A stretch of 64,000 nucleotides of DNA, taken from positions 992,001-1,056,000 of the forward strand of contig OZ241993.1 in NCBI GenBank assembly GCA_965204575.1. The letters are read 5' to 3'. This document shows positions 21,700 through 32,339 of this stretch, one piece after another; the stretch's first letter is position 1; each line of letters opens with the position of its first letter. Origin of the DNA: an uncultured candidatus Porisulfidus sp. (GTDB taxonomy: Bacteria; Pseudomonadota; Gammaproteobacteria; Poriferisulfidales; Poriferisulfidaceae). Made by a program: the position numbers and the translations under genes. The notes beneath the pieces were generated by a model. The model saw nothing but the letters and a program-made list of their open reading frames with translations. It ran no database searches and was not told the DNA's origin.

Positions 21700-22488
21700 C
21701 TAGGCGTCGAAGTCGGTCATGCCGACAGTGCTGTAGCCAGCGTCGACATAAGTAATCTCGCCGGTGATCCCGCCGGCCAGATCCGAGCACAGGAAAGCGG
21801 CTGCCTGGCCGACGTCCCGCAGCGTGACGTTTCGGCGCAGCGGCGCGTTTTTCTCTACGTGATCCAGCATCAACCGGAAATTCCCGATGCCGGCGGCGGC
21901 CAGGGTCTTGATCGGCCCGGCGGAAATCCCGTTGACCCGGATCTGTTCCGGGCCTAGGGAGTAGGCGAGGTAGCGCACGTTCGCCTCCAAGCTGGCCTTG
22001 GCCAGTCCCATCACGTTGTAGTTCGGCATGCTGCGAAGCGCTCCGAGGTAGGTCAGCGCTAGCACGGCGGAAGGGTGCTCGCGCATCATCGGCCGCGCTG
22101 CCCGGGCTAGGGCGGTCAGGCTGTAGCTGCTGATGTCATGCGCCGTGGCGAAGGCTCCACGCGACGTGTTCTCGCAGAAATCCCCGTCTAGGGCCTCGCG
22201 TGGCGCGTAGGCGATGCAGTGCACCAGGATGTCGAGTTGCGGCCAGTGTTCCGCCAGTTTTGCAAAGGTTTCTTCCACCTGGGCCTCTTCGGCCACGTCG
22301 CAGGGCAGGGTCAGCGCGCCGCCGCAGGCCTCGGCCAGTTTGTCGATCCGGGACTTCAGTTTTTCGTTCTGGTAGGTCAGCGCCAGTTCGGCGCCCTGTT
22401 CGTGCATGCACTCGGCAATGCCCCATGCGATGGAGCGATTGCTCGCGACACCGGTAATCAGTGCTTTCTTTCCGTCGAGAAATCCCAT
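21700..22488 (-). CDS. fabI: Enoyl-ACP reductase
   Basis: [35 protein letters not shown]. Confidence 0.98.
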   Translation of the reverse strand: MGFLDGKKALITGVASNRSIAWGIAECMHEQGAELALTYQNEKLKSRIDKLAEACGGALTLPCDVAEEAQVEETFAKLAEHWPQLDILVHCIAYAPREALDGDFCENTSRGAFATAHDISSYSLTALARAARPMMREHPSAVLALTYLGALRSMPNYNVMGLAKASLEANVRYLAYSLGPEQIRVNGISAGPIKTLAAAGIGNFRLMLDHVEKNAPLRRNVTLRDVGQAAAFLCSDLAGGITGEITYVDAGYSTVGMTDFDA

Positions 22489-22631
22489 GATCTTTGAATG
22501 ACTGCCGAGTTGGCGGGTAGATTGAAATGGCGGAAAGCCATTTTATAACGATCCCGGCCCCTGTGCGTTTCGCCTGCCGCTGCAGCCTGTTTGATTCGGC
22601 CCTGTCTTTCGGTCAACCGCGGGGCATGTGT

Positions 22632-23267
22632 TCACTTCCCTTTCTTCAGGAAGTTCATGGCCCATTTGGGTTTAGGGATGTTGGATAGTTTGCCTGAAAT
22701 AGCACGCAAACCGGAAGCAATACTTGCACGGCTTGGTATTTTAGAAGCGACTTTGACCCACTTGCCTTGAATTTTCCCCACAAGCGGGAACCCGAGTTTG
22801 GACAAGGTCTCGGTGTGACTTGCAAACTCCTTGATTTTGGCTTGGATGCCTGATTTTTTGTGAAGAGTTCCTAGTAGCGGGGCTGAGGGAGACAGAACGG
22901 TCTTCAGCACGAGGAAGATCCCGATGCTGTCCGTGATGAGACCCGGGAAGATGAGCAGCACTCCTGCAATTAGTTTCTGATAATTCAATACAGTCTTACA
23001 GACGGCCTTTATTCTTCCCCATAGTTTCAGGAATGTTCCAATCTTGGAGAACTCCAGACCTTGAAACATGGGTTTTTCCCAGGAACGCCAGGTTATCAAG
23101 CCGCCAGCGATTGCCGTCGCCAACTCGAACCAGAGCACGAGATGAGCGTATTCTCCGCCCTCCCGCACGATCGTGATGATCAGATATACCTCCAGGTACA
23201 GCAGCAGAAGAACACCCGCAAAAATGACTTTTGCGGGCGTAGATGCCAAGGTGCGGAGGAGACCCAT
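22632..23267 (-). CDS. fxsA: FxsA-family membrane protein with a long basic C-terminal extension
   Basis: LEVYLII N-terminal helix and AGVLLIFPGLITDSIG motif. Confidence 0.7.
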   Translation of the reverse strand: MGLLRTLASTPAKVIFAGVLLLLYLEVYLIITIVREGGEYAHLVLWFELATAIAGGLITWRSWEKPMFQGLEFSKIGTFLKLWGRIKAVCKTVLNYQKLIAGVLLIFPGLITDSIGIFLVLKTVLSPSAPLLGTLHKKSGIQAKIKEFASHTETLSKLGFPLVGKIQGKWVKVASKIPSRASIASGLRAISGKLSNIPKPKWAMNFLKKGK

Positions 23268-23308
23268 ACTCTCGAATGCTACCGGAACTTGCAGGTGGAT
23301 AAACTAAA

Positions 23309-25501
23309 ATGGGCCGAAGCCATTCTATACCGACCTCAATTCCCGTGCGTTTCACCCGTCGTCGCGGCCGGCCCTGCCGATGGGGCGTCATTGCCGCATG
23401 CGTCTTGCTGGCGGGCTGCGAAGATTCCTGGAACGACCCCCACGGGGAGAGGCTCGGAGCCGGGTCGGTACTGTATGCCTCGTTCAGTGACCGGCCCCAG
23501 TTCATGGACCCGGCGCGATCCTATACCTCGACCGCGTACGGCTTCATCCAGCAGGTCTACGAACCGCCGCTGGCCTACCACTACCTGAAGCGCCCCTACG
23601 AACTGGTGCCCCTGTCTGCGGCCCGCATGCCGGAGGTCCGTCACCTGGACGGGCAGGGCCGCGAGCTTTCGCCCGGGGCGCCGGCGGAAGAGGTGGCGTA
23701 CACGGAATACCTGATCGACATCAAGCCCGGCATTCTCTACCAGCCGCATCCGGCCCTGGCACGCCGAGAGGATGGAAGCTATCGCTACCACGCCCTGACC
23801 GAAGCGGATCTCGAGCCGGTCAACGTGCTGACGGATTTCACGCATACCGGGAGCCGCGAACTGGTGGCGGAGGATTTCGTGTACCAGATCAAGCGGCTGG
23901 CCGACCCCCGGCGGCATTGCCCGATCGCCGGCATCATCGCCGAATACGTCGAGGGCTTCGCCGAGTTCCAGGCGCACATCCAGAATACGGAGGGTATCCC
24001 GATGGACCTGCGTGGCCTGTCGATGTCCGGCGTGGAGTCGCTGTCGCGCTACCGCTACCGGGTCCGGCTGAAGGGAACCTATCCCCAGTTCATCTACTGG
24101 CTGGCCATGCCGTTCTTCGCGCCGATGCCGTGGGAGGCGGACGTGTTCCACGAACAGCCGGGCATGGCGCAGCGCAACCTGACGCTGCACTGGTACCCGA
24201 TCGGCACCGGCCCTTACATGCTGACCGAGAACAACCCGAACCTGCGGATGGTGCTGGAGCGCAACCCGAACTTCCGCGGCGAACCCTACCCGGACGAAGG
24301 GGAGCCGGGAGACGAAGGGCAGGGATTCCTGGACGACCGGGGGCGCGCCATGCCGTTCGTCGACCGGGCGGTCTTCAGCCTGGAGAAGGAGAACATCCCG
24401 CGCTGGAGCAAGTTCCTCCAGGGTTACTACGACCTGTCCGGCATCGGCTCGGACAGCTTCGACCAGGCCATCGAATACGGCGGCGGCGGGGAAGTCGGGC
24501 TGACCGACGCGATGGAGGCGAAGGGGATCGTGCTGCGCACGGCGGTCGACCTGACCGTTTTCTACATGGGCTTCAACATGCTGGACCCGGTCGTGGGCGG
24601 GTACGGCGAGCGCAGCCGCCTGCTGCGGCGCGCGATCTCCATCGTGGTGGACTACGAGGAGCACGTTTCGATCTTCAGCAACGGGCGGGGGATTCCGGGC
24701 CAAGGGCCTCTGCCGCCGCAGATCTTCGGCGTTCGGGAAGGCGAAGCCGGCATCAACCCCTACGTCTACCGTTGGGAGGATGGAAAGGCGGTCCGGCGCA
24801 GTATCGAAGAGGCGCGAGAGTTGATGCGCCGGGCAGGCTACCAGAACGGGATCGATCAGGAGACGGGCAAGCCGCTGGTGCTGTATTTCGAGGCGGTCGG
24901 CGCGGGCCCGGACGCCAAGGCCTCGCTGAACTGGCTGCGCAAGCAGTTCGCCAAGCTCGACATCCAGCTGGTGATCCGGGCCACGGACTACAACCGCTTC
25001 CGGGCGAAAATGCGCAAGGGCACCGGGCAGATCTTCCAGTGGGGCTGGCACGCGGACTACCCGGACCCGGAGAACTTCCTGTTCCTGCTGTACGGTCCCA
25101 ACGCCCAGGTCGACACCAACGGGCCGAATTCCGCCAACTACAAGAACCCCGAATACGACGCGCTGTTCTCGCAGATGAAGAACATCCCGAACGGGGAGCG
25201 GCGCCAGCAGATCATCGACCAGATGATGGAGATTCTCCGCCGTGACGCCCCCTGGGCCTGGGGCTTTCACCCGGTCAGCTACATCCTGTCGCACCAGTGG
25301 GTGCACAACAACAAGCCGACCACCATGTCCTACAACACGCTCAAGTACCGCCGCATCGACACCGGGTCGCGCGCGGCGGCGGTCCAGGAATGGAACCAGC
25401 CGACGGTCTGGCCGATCTGGGCCGGGCTGGGCGTCCTGGTGCTCCTGATCGCCCCGGCGCTGGTCGGATTCCTCCGTCGCGAGCGGGAGCGCGGCCGATG
25501 A
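23309..25501 (+). CDS. Peptide/nickel ABC transporter substrate-binding lipoprotein (family 5)
   Basis: LLAGC lipobox, PIGTGPY, WHADYPDPENF, C-terminal TM helix. Exact start uncertain. Confidence 0.9.
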   Translation: MGRSHSIPTSIPVRFTRRRGRPCRWGVIAACVLLAGCEDSWNDPHGERLGAGSVLYASFSDRPQFMDPARSYTSTAYGFIQQVYEPPLAYHYLKRPYELVPLSAARMPEVRHLDGQGRELSPGAPAEEVAYTEYLIDIKPGILYQPHPALARREDGSYRYHALTEADLEPVNVLTDFTHTGSRELVAEDFVYQIKRLADPRRHCPIAGIIAEYVEGFAEFQAHIQNTEGIPMDLRGLSMSGVESLSRYRYRVRLKGTYPQFIYWLAMPFFAPMPWEADVFHEQPGMAQRNLTLHWYPIGTGPYMLTENNPNLRMVLERNPNFRGEPYPDEGEPGDEGQGFLDDRGRAMPFVDRAVFSLEKENIPRWSKFLQGYYDLSGIGSDSFDQAIEYGGGGEVGLTDAMEAKGIVLRTAVDLTVFYMGFNMLDPVVGGYGERSRLLRRAISIVVDYEEHVSIFSNGRGIPGQGPLPPQIFGVREGEAGINPYVYRWEDGKAVRRSIEEARELMRRAGYQNGIDQETGKPLVLYFEAVGAGPDAKASLNWLRKQFAKLDIQLVIRATDYNRFRAKMRKGTGQIFQWGWHADYPDPENFLFLLYGPNAQVDTNGPNSANYKNPEYDALFSQMKNIPNGERRQQIIDQMMEILRRDAPWAWGFHPVSYILSHQWVHNNKPTTMSYNTLKYRRIDTGSRAAAVQEWNQPTVWPIWAGLGVLVLLIAPALVGFLRRERERGR

Positions 25502-26475
25502 TTGCTTACATCATCCGGCGCGTGCTGTACGCGATCCCGATCCTGATCGGGGTCAACCTGCTGACGTTCATGCTGTTCTTCGTGGTCAACTCGCCGGAAG
25601 AGGTGGCCCGGCTGCACCTGGGCGACCGGTACACCACGCAGGAACAGGTGGAGGCATGGAAGCAGGAACACGGCTACGACAAGCCGCTGCTGTACAACCC
25701 GGAGGCCGCCGGACTGGATAGCCTGACCGACACCATCTTCTACACCAAGTCGGTGCGCCTGTTCGTGTTCGACTTCGGCAATTCCGACAGCGGCCGCAAC
25801 ATCGGCCACGACATTCGCCAGCGCATGTGGCCGAGCCTGGCGATCGCGGTGCCGAGCCTGATACTCGGGCTGCTGCTGAACGCCACGCTGGCGCTGATGC
25901 TGGCGTTCTTCCGCGCGTCCTACCTGGACGTGGGCGGGGTGGTGCTGTGCGTGATCCTGATGTCGATCTCCAGCCTGTTCTACATCATCGGCGGGCAGTA
26001 CCTGGTCGGGAAACTGCTGCAACTGGTCCCCATCTCGGGCTACGACACCGGCTTCGAGGCGGTGAAGTTCCTGATCCTTCCGGTCATCATCAGCGTCATC
26101 TACGGGATCGGTTCCGGCACCCGCTGGTACCGGACCCTGTTCCTGGAGGAGATCTCCAAGGACTACGTGCGCACGGCGCGCGCCAAGGGGTTGTCCGAGC
26201 AGTGGGTCCTGTTCCGGCACGTGCTGCGCAACGCCCTGATCCCGATTTTGACCGGCGTGGTGGTGATCCTGCCGCTGCTGTTCATGGGCAGCCTGATCAC
26301 CGAGTCCTTCTTCGGCATCCCGGGGCTCGGCAGCTACACCATCGACGCGATCCAGCGCCAGGACTTCTCGATCGTGCGGGCCATGGTGTTCCTCGGCACG
26401 GTGCTGTACATCCTGGGCCTGCTGCTGACCGACATTTCCTACACTCTCGCGGATCCCCGGATTCGCCTGCGCTGA
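25498..26475 (+). CDS. Peptide ABC transporter permease (DppB/OppB-like)
   Basis: MIAYIIRR, DYVRTARAKGL EAA loop, ADPRIR. Confidence 0.93.
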   Translation: MIAYIIRRVLYAIPILIGVNLLTFMLFFVVNSPEEVARLHLGDRYTTQEQVEAWKQEHGYDKPLLYNPEAAGLDSLTDTIFYTKSVRLFVFDFGNSDSGRNIGHDIRQRMWPSLAIAVPSLILGLLLNATLALMLAFFRASYLDVGGVVLCVILMSISSLFYIIGGQYLVGKLLQLVPISGYDTGFEAVKFLILPVIISVIYGIGSGTRWYRTLFLEEISKDYVRTARAKGLSEQWVLFRHVLRNALIPILTGVVVILPLLFMGSLITESFFGIPGLGSYTIDAIQRQDFSIVRAMVFLGTVLYILGLLLTDISYTLADPRIRLR

Positions 26476-26477
26476 CC

Positions 26478-27848
26478 ATGTGGGTCGTCCTGCTGACCGA
26501 TTTCTTCCTCTACCTGCTGTTGGCGGGGGTGGCGCTGTACGTGGGCTTCGTCCTGCGCACGCCGCACTTGCGGCACGCCTGGCGGTCCGTCATGACCCGG
26601 CGCGGCGGCGCGGTGTCGGTGGTGGCGCTGGGCTTCTTCGCGGCCATCGCGATCTTGGATTCGGTGCATTTCCATCCGCGCCTGGAGCAGCCGGGCGCCC
26701 AGGTGGAGTATTCGAACGAGATCCTGAGCGTGTTCGACGTCCTGGCCGGGCCCTTGCGCACCCAGGTCGAGCGGACCTACTCCGCGCCGTTCGCCTACCA
26801 CGCGCACAGCAAGGAGACCCGGGAGACGCCGCAGGGGCGGATCCGGGCCTATCCCCGGCTGGAGTACGCGGGTGCCCATCTTGCGGACCCGGAACGGGAG
26901 CGCGGTTGGGACATCACGGTCCGGGTCCTGCGCGGGGCCCTGCTGGGGGCGGGGGTCTGGGGTCTCCTGCTGCTGGGCATCCGGTTGGCCCGCCGATTGC
27001 GGGGTGCGCGGCCCCGGCCCGAGGGGGAGGCCGCGATTCCCTGGCGGTCCGTTGCGGTCACCGTGCTGCTGATCCTGATGTTGATCGGGATCGTCGCGCA
27101 GTTGGCCGGGGCCTACCACGTGTTCGGCACCGACAAGGTCGGCGAAGACGTGCTCTACCAGACCCTGAAGAGCATCCGAACCGGGGTGCTGATCGGCACC
27201 CTGACGACCCTGATCATGCTGCCGTTCGCGATCGCGCTCGGCATCACGGCCGGTTACTACCGGGGCTGGGTGGACGACGTCATCCAGTACATCTACATCA
27301 CGCTGAACTCGATTCCCGGCGTGTTGCTGATCGCCGCGGCGATCCTGTCCCTGCATGTCTACCTGAATGCTCACGCCGCCGAGTACGCGAGCCTGGCGGA
27401 GCGTGCGGACCTGCGGCTGCTGTTCCTGTGCATGATCCTGGGCCTGACCAGCTGGACCGGGCTGTGCCGGCTGCTGCGCGGCGAATCCCTCAAACTGCGC
27501 GAGCATGAATACATCCAGGCCGCGGTGGCGTTCGGGGTATCGGGTCCGCGCATCCTGCTGCGGCATATCCTTCCGAACGTCATGCACATCGTGCTGATTA
27601 CCGTGGTGCTGGACTTCAGTGGCCTGGTATTGGCCGAAGCGGTGCTGTCGTACGTCGACATCGGGGTCGACCCGTCCATGAACAGCTGGGGGAACATGAT
27701 CAACAGCGCGCGTCTCGAGATGTCGCGCGAGCCTCCGGTGTGGTGGTCGCTGACGGCCTCGTTCGTGTTCATGTTTGCCTTGGTGCTGTTCGCGAACCTG
27801 CTGTCGGACGCGGTGCGCGATGCGTTCGACCCGAGGGTGAAGCGATGA
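26478..27848 (+). CDS. Peptide ABC transporter permease (DppC/OppC-like)
   Basis: FGTDKVGED, EYIQAA.AFG..RHILPN, DAVRDAFDPR. Confidence 0.92.
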   Translation: MWVVLLTDFFLYLLLAGVALYVGFVLRTPHLRHAWRSVMTRRGGAVSVVALGFFAAIAILDSVHFHPRLEQPGAQVEYSNEILSVFDVLAGPLRTQVERTYSAPFAYHAHSKETRETPQGRIRAYPRLEYAGAHLADPERERGWDITVRVLRGALLGAGVWGLLLLGIRLARRLRGARPRPEGEAAIPWRSVAVTVLLILMLIGIVAQLAGAYHVFGTDKVGEDVLYQTLKSIRTGVLIGTLTTLIMLPFAIALGITAGYYRGWVDDVIQYIYITLNSIPGVLLIAAAILSLHVYLNAHAAEYASLAERADLRLLFLCMILGLTSWTGLCRLLRGESLKLREHEYIQAAVAFGVSGPRILLRHILPNVMHIVLITVVLDFSGLVLAEAVLSYVDIGVDPSMNSWGNMINSARLEMSREPPVWWSLTASFVFMFALVLFANLLSDAVRDAFDPRVKR

Positions 27849-29497
27849 GCAGCCTGCTTGAGGTCAAGAACCTGCGGGTCGCGTTCGATGTCGGCCCGGA
27901 CCGGGAAGTCGCCGTTGACGATATCAGCTTCTCCATTCCGAAGCAGGGCACGTTCGCGCTGCTTGGAGAGTCCGGCAGCGGCAAGTCGGTGACGGCACTG
28001 AGCGTGATGCGGCTCCTCCCGGAGGCGGCCCGCATCGAATCCGGCGAGATCCGGCTGAATGGGCAGGATTTGCTGGAGTTGCCGGAAGTGCAGATGCGAG
28101 GGATTCGCGGCGGCACGATCGGCATGATCTTCCAGGAGCCGATGATGTCGCTCAACCCGGTCATGACAGTAGGCCAGCAGATCTGCGAGCCGTTGCGTCG
28201 GCACCGGGGGCTGTCGCGAAAGGCCAGCATGGCCCGGGCGCTTGAGTTGCTCGATGCGGTACGGGTCCCTGAGCCCCAGCGGCGCATTAACGAGTATCCC
28301 CACCAGTTGTCCGGCGGCATGAAACAGCGCGCGATGATCGCAGGGGCGCTGGCGGCGGAACCCGAACTGCTGATCGCGGACGAGCCGACCACGGCGCTGG
28401 ACGTCACCATCCAGGCGCAGGTGCTGGAGTTGCTGCGTGAACTGCAGCGCGACTTGGGCATGGCGATGCTGTTCATCACGCACGACCTGGCGGTGGCGAA
28501 GAGCATGGCGGATGCGGTCGCCATCATGCAGCACGGCAGGATCGTGGAGGCGGAATCCGCAGGGGAATTTTTCGAGAATCCCCGGCACGAATACAGCCGC
28601 AACCTGTTCGCGGCACTGCCGAACATCTCCAAGCGGGGACTGCGGCTGCACGGCAACGGGTCCGGCCCCGACGAACAGGCGGTCGAGCCGGCGTCGCAAC
28701 CCAGTTCCTCCCAGCCCCTGCTGGAGGTTGAAGGCCTGCGCGTCCACTTCCCGATCCGCCGCGGTGTGTTCCGCCGCGTCGTCGGCCATGTCCGGGCGGT
28801 GGACGGCCTGTCGTTCACCTTGCGGGAGGGAGAGACGTTCGCCTTGGTGGGGGAATCCGGCTGCGGCAAGACGACCACCGGCAAGAGCCTGATCCGCCTG
28901 TTGCCGGTCACGCAGGGAAGCGTTCACTACCGGGGGCACGACCTGAGCCACTGCTCGGCCCACGAGATGGCGCCGTTCCGGTCGGAACTGCAGATCGTCT
29001 TCCAGGACCCGTTCTCGTCCCTCAACCCCCGCATGGTCATCGGCGACATCATCGCCGAGGGGATGCAGGTCCTGGGCGTGGCCCAGGACACGGCCGAGCG
29101 GCGCGAACGGATCGGGGAATTATTGCGGCAGGTCGGGCTGAAGCCCAAGCACCAGAACCGTTACCCGCATGAATTCTCGGGCGGGCAGCGCCAGCGCATC
29201 GCGATCGCCCGGGCCTTGGCGGTCAACCCGCGGCTCATCGTGTGCGACGAGCCGACCAGCGCGCTGGACGTCACCATCCAGGCCCAGATCCTGAACCTGC
29301 TGCAGGATCTGCAGGACCGGCACGGCCTGACCTACCTGTTCATCACGCACAACATCGCGGTCGTGTCCTGGATGGCGCACCGCATGGCGGTCATGCACGA
29401 AGGACGGATCGTGGAGCAGGGCGACACGGTCGAGATCCTGCAGAACCCGCAACACGAATATACGCGGACTTTGCTGTCGGCAGTGCCTCGGCTATAG
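27845..29497 (+). CDS. Peptide ABC transporter ATP-binding protein (two fused NBDs)
   Basis: GESGSGKS and GESGCGKT; LSGG and FSGGQ signatures. Confidence 0.95.
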   Translation: MSSLLEVKNLRVAFDVGPDREVAVDDISFSIPKQGTFALLGESGSGKSVTALSVMRLLPEAARIESGEIRLNGQDLLELPEVQMRGIRGGTIGMIFQEPMMSLNPVMTVGQQICEPLRRHRGLSRKASMARALELLDAVRVPEPQRRINEYPHQLSGGMKQRAMIAGALAAEPELLIADEPTTALDVTIQAQVLELLRELQRDLGMAMLFITHDLAVAKSMADAVAIMQHGRIVEAESAGEFFENPRHEYSRNLFAALPNISKRGLRLHGNGSGPDEQAVEPASQPSSSQPLLEVEGLRVHFPIRRGVFRRVVGHVRAVDGLSFTLREGETFALVGESGCGKTTTGKSLIRLLPVTQGSVHYRGHDLSHCSAHEMAPFRSELQIVFQDPFSSLNPRMVIGDIIAEGMQVLGVAQDTAERRERIGELLRQVGLKPKHQNRYPHEFSGGQRQRIAIARALAVNPRLIVCDEPTSALDVTIQAQILNLLQDLQDRHGLTYLFITHNIAVVSWMAHRMAVMHEGRIVEQGDTVEILQNPQHEYTRTLLSAVPRL

Positions 29498-29523
29498 TGT
29501 CCGCCAAGGAGAGCCATGGACTG

Positions 29524-29808
29524 ATGAAGATTACTCTCGACATCCACGGCGGGCTCATCAGGAGGGCTAGGTGCTACGCTCGGGAAACCGGGCGCTCGTT
29601 ATCAGATGTGGTTGAGGATGGACTCTGCCGGGTGCTTCCTCGCCCGCGCCACAAGCACTCGTATACCCTTCCTGATCTTCGGGTAGGTGACCCGAATGCA
29701 ACCGATCCCCTTGAACAATATTCCTGGTCCGAGATTCGGGCATTGATTTATGGCGATCTAGGTGCAGCCTTGCATTCGGTTGCGTCTCGCGATAGGGAAA
29801 GCGCATAA
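29524..29808 (+). CDS. Orphan VapB/DUF2191-like antitoxin
   Basis: MKITLDI...L.RRA...A.ETGRSLS.VVEDGL pattern; no PIN gene downstream. Confidence 0.7.
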   Translation: MKITLDIHGGLIRRARCYARETGRSLSDVVEDGLCRVLPRPRHKHSYTLPDLRVGDPNATDPLEQYSWSEIRALIYGDLGAALHSVASRDRESA

Positions 29809-29863
29809 CAATCCTGCTCTCATTGGATCTAGACACGTGAACGATTAACGAAGCCACATATCC

Positions 29864-31555
29864 ATGCACCAGACATCTTTATCCGGCATGTGCCTTGCAG
29901 AAGTGATGGCGGCGAGGGTAGCAGAAAGCGACGTTGAGGAGCGTGGCGCGGTTTTTACACGACGCGAAGTGGTGAATTTCATTCTTGACCTTGTTGGGTA
30001 TACGCATAACAAAGCACTCTACAAGCAGCGTTTGCTTGAGCCTTCTTTCGGCGATGGTGACTTTCTGTTAGCGGCTGCCGAGCGCCTTATGGAGGCGTGG
30101 CGTAGCCAAGAAGCCCCTGTTTCAGAGTTGACCAACGCGATTTGTGCCGTGGAATTGCATCAGGCCACTTTTCAGAAAGCTCGCGACCAGCTGAATGATC
30201 TACTCACCCGAGAAGGTATGACTTTGCAAGTCCGGTCTGACCTTCTGGATGCTTGGCTGATTCAAGGCGATTTCCTTCTGGAGGATCTACCTGACAACTT
30301 TCAGTATGTGACTGGCAATCCGCCGTACATCCGGCATGAAGCGGTTCCCGATACTCTGATGGCAGAATATCGAAAGCGGTTCCACACGATCTATGACCGG
30401 GCGGATATCTACGTCCCTTTCATCGAAAAATCGTTGTCTCTCTTGCACAAAGAAGGCGTATTAGGTTTCATCTGCTCTGACCGTTGGATGAAAAACCGCT
30501 ATGGCAGCCGGTTGCGCGAATTGGTCGCAGGGGATTACCATTTGAAGTTCTATGTGGATATGGTCGACACTCCGGCATTTCATTCCGATGTAACCGCCTA
30601 TCCGGCCATAACCGTTATTTCAAAGAGCCCTTCCGGTCCGACGCGCGTAGCCCGTCGGCCGAAGACCGATACAACCAGTCTGGCCACCTTATCCGGGAAG
30701 ATGCTCTCGGGGAGGCCACTGGATGGTGAAGATGTAGAGGAAGTTGCAAATATTGCGGTGGGAGCAGAGCCTTGGGTATTGGATTCATTTGACCAATTGG
30801 CAATAGTCCGTCGCCTTGAGCGCGAATTTCCAACATTGGAGCAAGCACGCTGCAAGGTTGGTATAGGGGTCGCTACGGGTGCGGACAAATTCTATGTTGC
30901 GCCATTCGACGAACTAGATGTGGAAGCGGATCGCAAACTGCCCCTTGTGACCACGCGCGATATCCGTACCGGGAAAGTGCAATGGCGCGGAGATGGTGTC
31001 ATCAATCCGTTCAATGATGAAGGCGGTCTTGTTCCCTTGGATAGTTATCCAAAACTAAGTGCGTATTTGGACGGTTGCGGAGATGCCATCAGGAAGCGCC
31101 ACGTCTCAAGAAAGAATCCAAACAGTTGGTACAGAACGATCGACCGCATCCATCCGGCGCTGGCAAGGCGCCCCAAACTTCTCATCCCCGACATCAAGGG
31201 AGAGGCAAATATCGTTTACGAGGACGGAAAGTATTACCCGCACCACAACCTCTACTACATCACATCGGACGAGTGGGATCTCCGAATACTACAGGCTGTC
31301 TTAATGTCTGGTATTGCAAGATTGTTTGTGGGCATCTACTCGACAAAAATGCGAGGTGGATACCTGCGTTTTCAAGCGCAGTATTTGCGGCGCATCCGAA
31401 TTCCGTTTTGGAGAGATGTGCCAGAGAGCCTGCGGCGCAGACTTGCTGCTGCGGTTGAGAATGGAGATGTTGCCGACAGTAAACGGGCGGTCTTCGATCT
31501 TTATGGCATTGATGAAACCGAGCAGCTTGCTTTTGGCGGAAGCAGCGGGCAATAG
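29864..31555 (+). CDS. Type II N6-adenine methyltransferase (PaeR7I/XhoI-like, TaqI/Eco57I-type)
   Basis: [38 protein letters not shown]. Confidence 0.92.
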   Translation: MHQTSLSGMCLAEVMAARVAESDVEERGAVFTRREVVNFILDLVGYTHNKALYKQRLLEPSFGDGDFLLAAAERLMEAWRSQEAPVSELTNAICAVELHQATFQKARDQLNDLLTREGMTLQVRSDLLDAWLIQGDFLLEDLPDNFQYVTGNPPYIRHEAVPDTLMAEYRKRFHTIYDRADIYVPFIEKSLSLLHKEGVLGFICSDRWMKNRYGSRLRELVAGDYHLKFYVDMVDTPAFHSDVTAYPAITVISKSPSGPTRVARRPKTDTTSLATLSGKMLSGRPLDGEDVEEVANIAVGAEPWVLDSFDQLAIVRRLEREFPTLEQARCKVGIGVATGADKFYVAPFDELDVEADRKLPLVTTRDIRTGKVQWRGDGVINPFNDEGGLVPLDSYPKLSAYLDGCGDAIRKRHVSRKNPNSWYRTIDRIHPALARRPKLLIPDIKGEANIVYEDGKYYPHHNLYYITSDEWDLRILQAVLMSGIARLFVGIYSTKMRGGYLRFQAQYLRRIRIPFWRDVPESLRRRLAAAVENGDVADSKRAVFDLYGIDETEQLAFGGSSGQ

Positions 31556-31557
31556 CC

Positions 31558-32247
31558 ATGGCTCTTGATCTTTCGGACTACGAGTCCCTGGCTCGGAAAG
31601 CTGTCCGCAAGTTTTGGGCAAGCCGGGAACATTCTGGCGTTCAGGCCGGGAAAAATATGGATGGCTTTCTCGAACTAATGGGGGAGGTGGTATACCGAAA
31701 TGGCCTTTCTGATGCGGTTGTTTTGCAGCAGAGGCAAGTTTTGACTCTTCCCGGCTATTTCCGGCCAACGAAACTCTGGGATTTACTGGTACTGAAAAAT
31801 GATCGGCTAATTGCTGCTTTGGAATTTAAATCACAAGTCGGTTCTTTTGGTAACAATTTTAATAACCGAACTGAAGAAGCAATTGGAACTGCTGTGGATT
31901 TGTGGACAGCCTATCGAGAAGGTGCGTTTGGCGAGCAGCCTCGGCCTTTTCTCGGTTGGTTGATTCTTCTGGAAGACGCCCCTGCGTCACGCAAGCCGGT
32001 AAGTAATGCATCCCATCATTTCCCAGTATTTTCGGATTTTCACAATGCCTCCTACGCAGAGCGATACAACATCCTGTGCAAAAAACTTGCCCAAGAGCAA
32101 TTGTATTCGGCCGCGTGTATCCTCACGTCGCCACGTCCTGCTTCAGGCCGTGTTAGCGGTGAATACACCGAAATGAGCGAAATGACAGGTCTTCGCACCT
32201 TTGTGACAGAGTTTGCGGGGCATATTGCTGCTGAGGCGGCAAGGTGA
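31558..32247 (+). CDS. PaeR7I/XhoI-family type II restriction endonuclease
   Basis: [52 protein letters not shown]. Confidence 0.9.
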   Translation: MALDLSDYESLARKAVRKFWASREHSGVQAGKNMDGFLELMGEVVYRNGLSDAVVLQQRQVLTLPGYFRPTKLWDLLVLKNDRLIAALEFKSQVGSFGNNFNNRTEEAIGTAVDLWTAYREGAFGEQPRPFLGWLILLEDAPASRKPVSNASHHFPVFSDFHNASYAERYNILCKKLAQEQLYSAACILTSPRPASGRVSGEYTEMSEMTGLRTFVTEFAGHIAAEAAR

Positions 32248-32339
32248 GATAACAAGAAATTTTCGTTTCGCGGCACAAGATTTTGGCATAGGGGTCAATG
32301 TAGAAGCTTGCTGTTCGGCTGTTGCCGGTTTTGACACCA

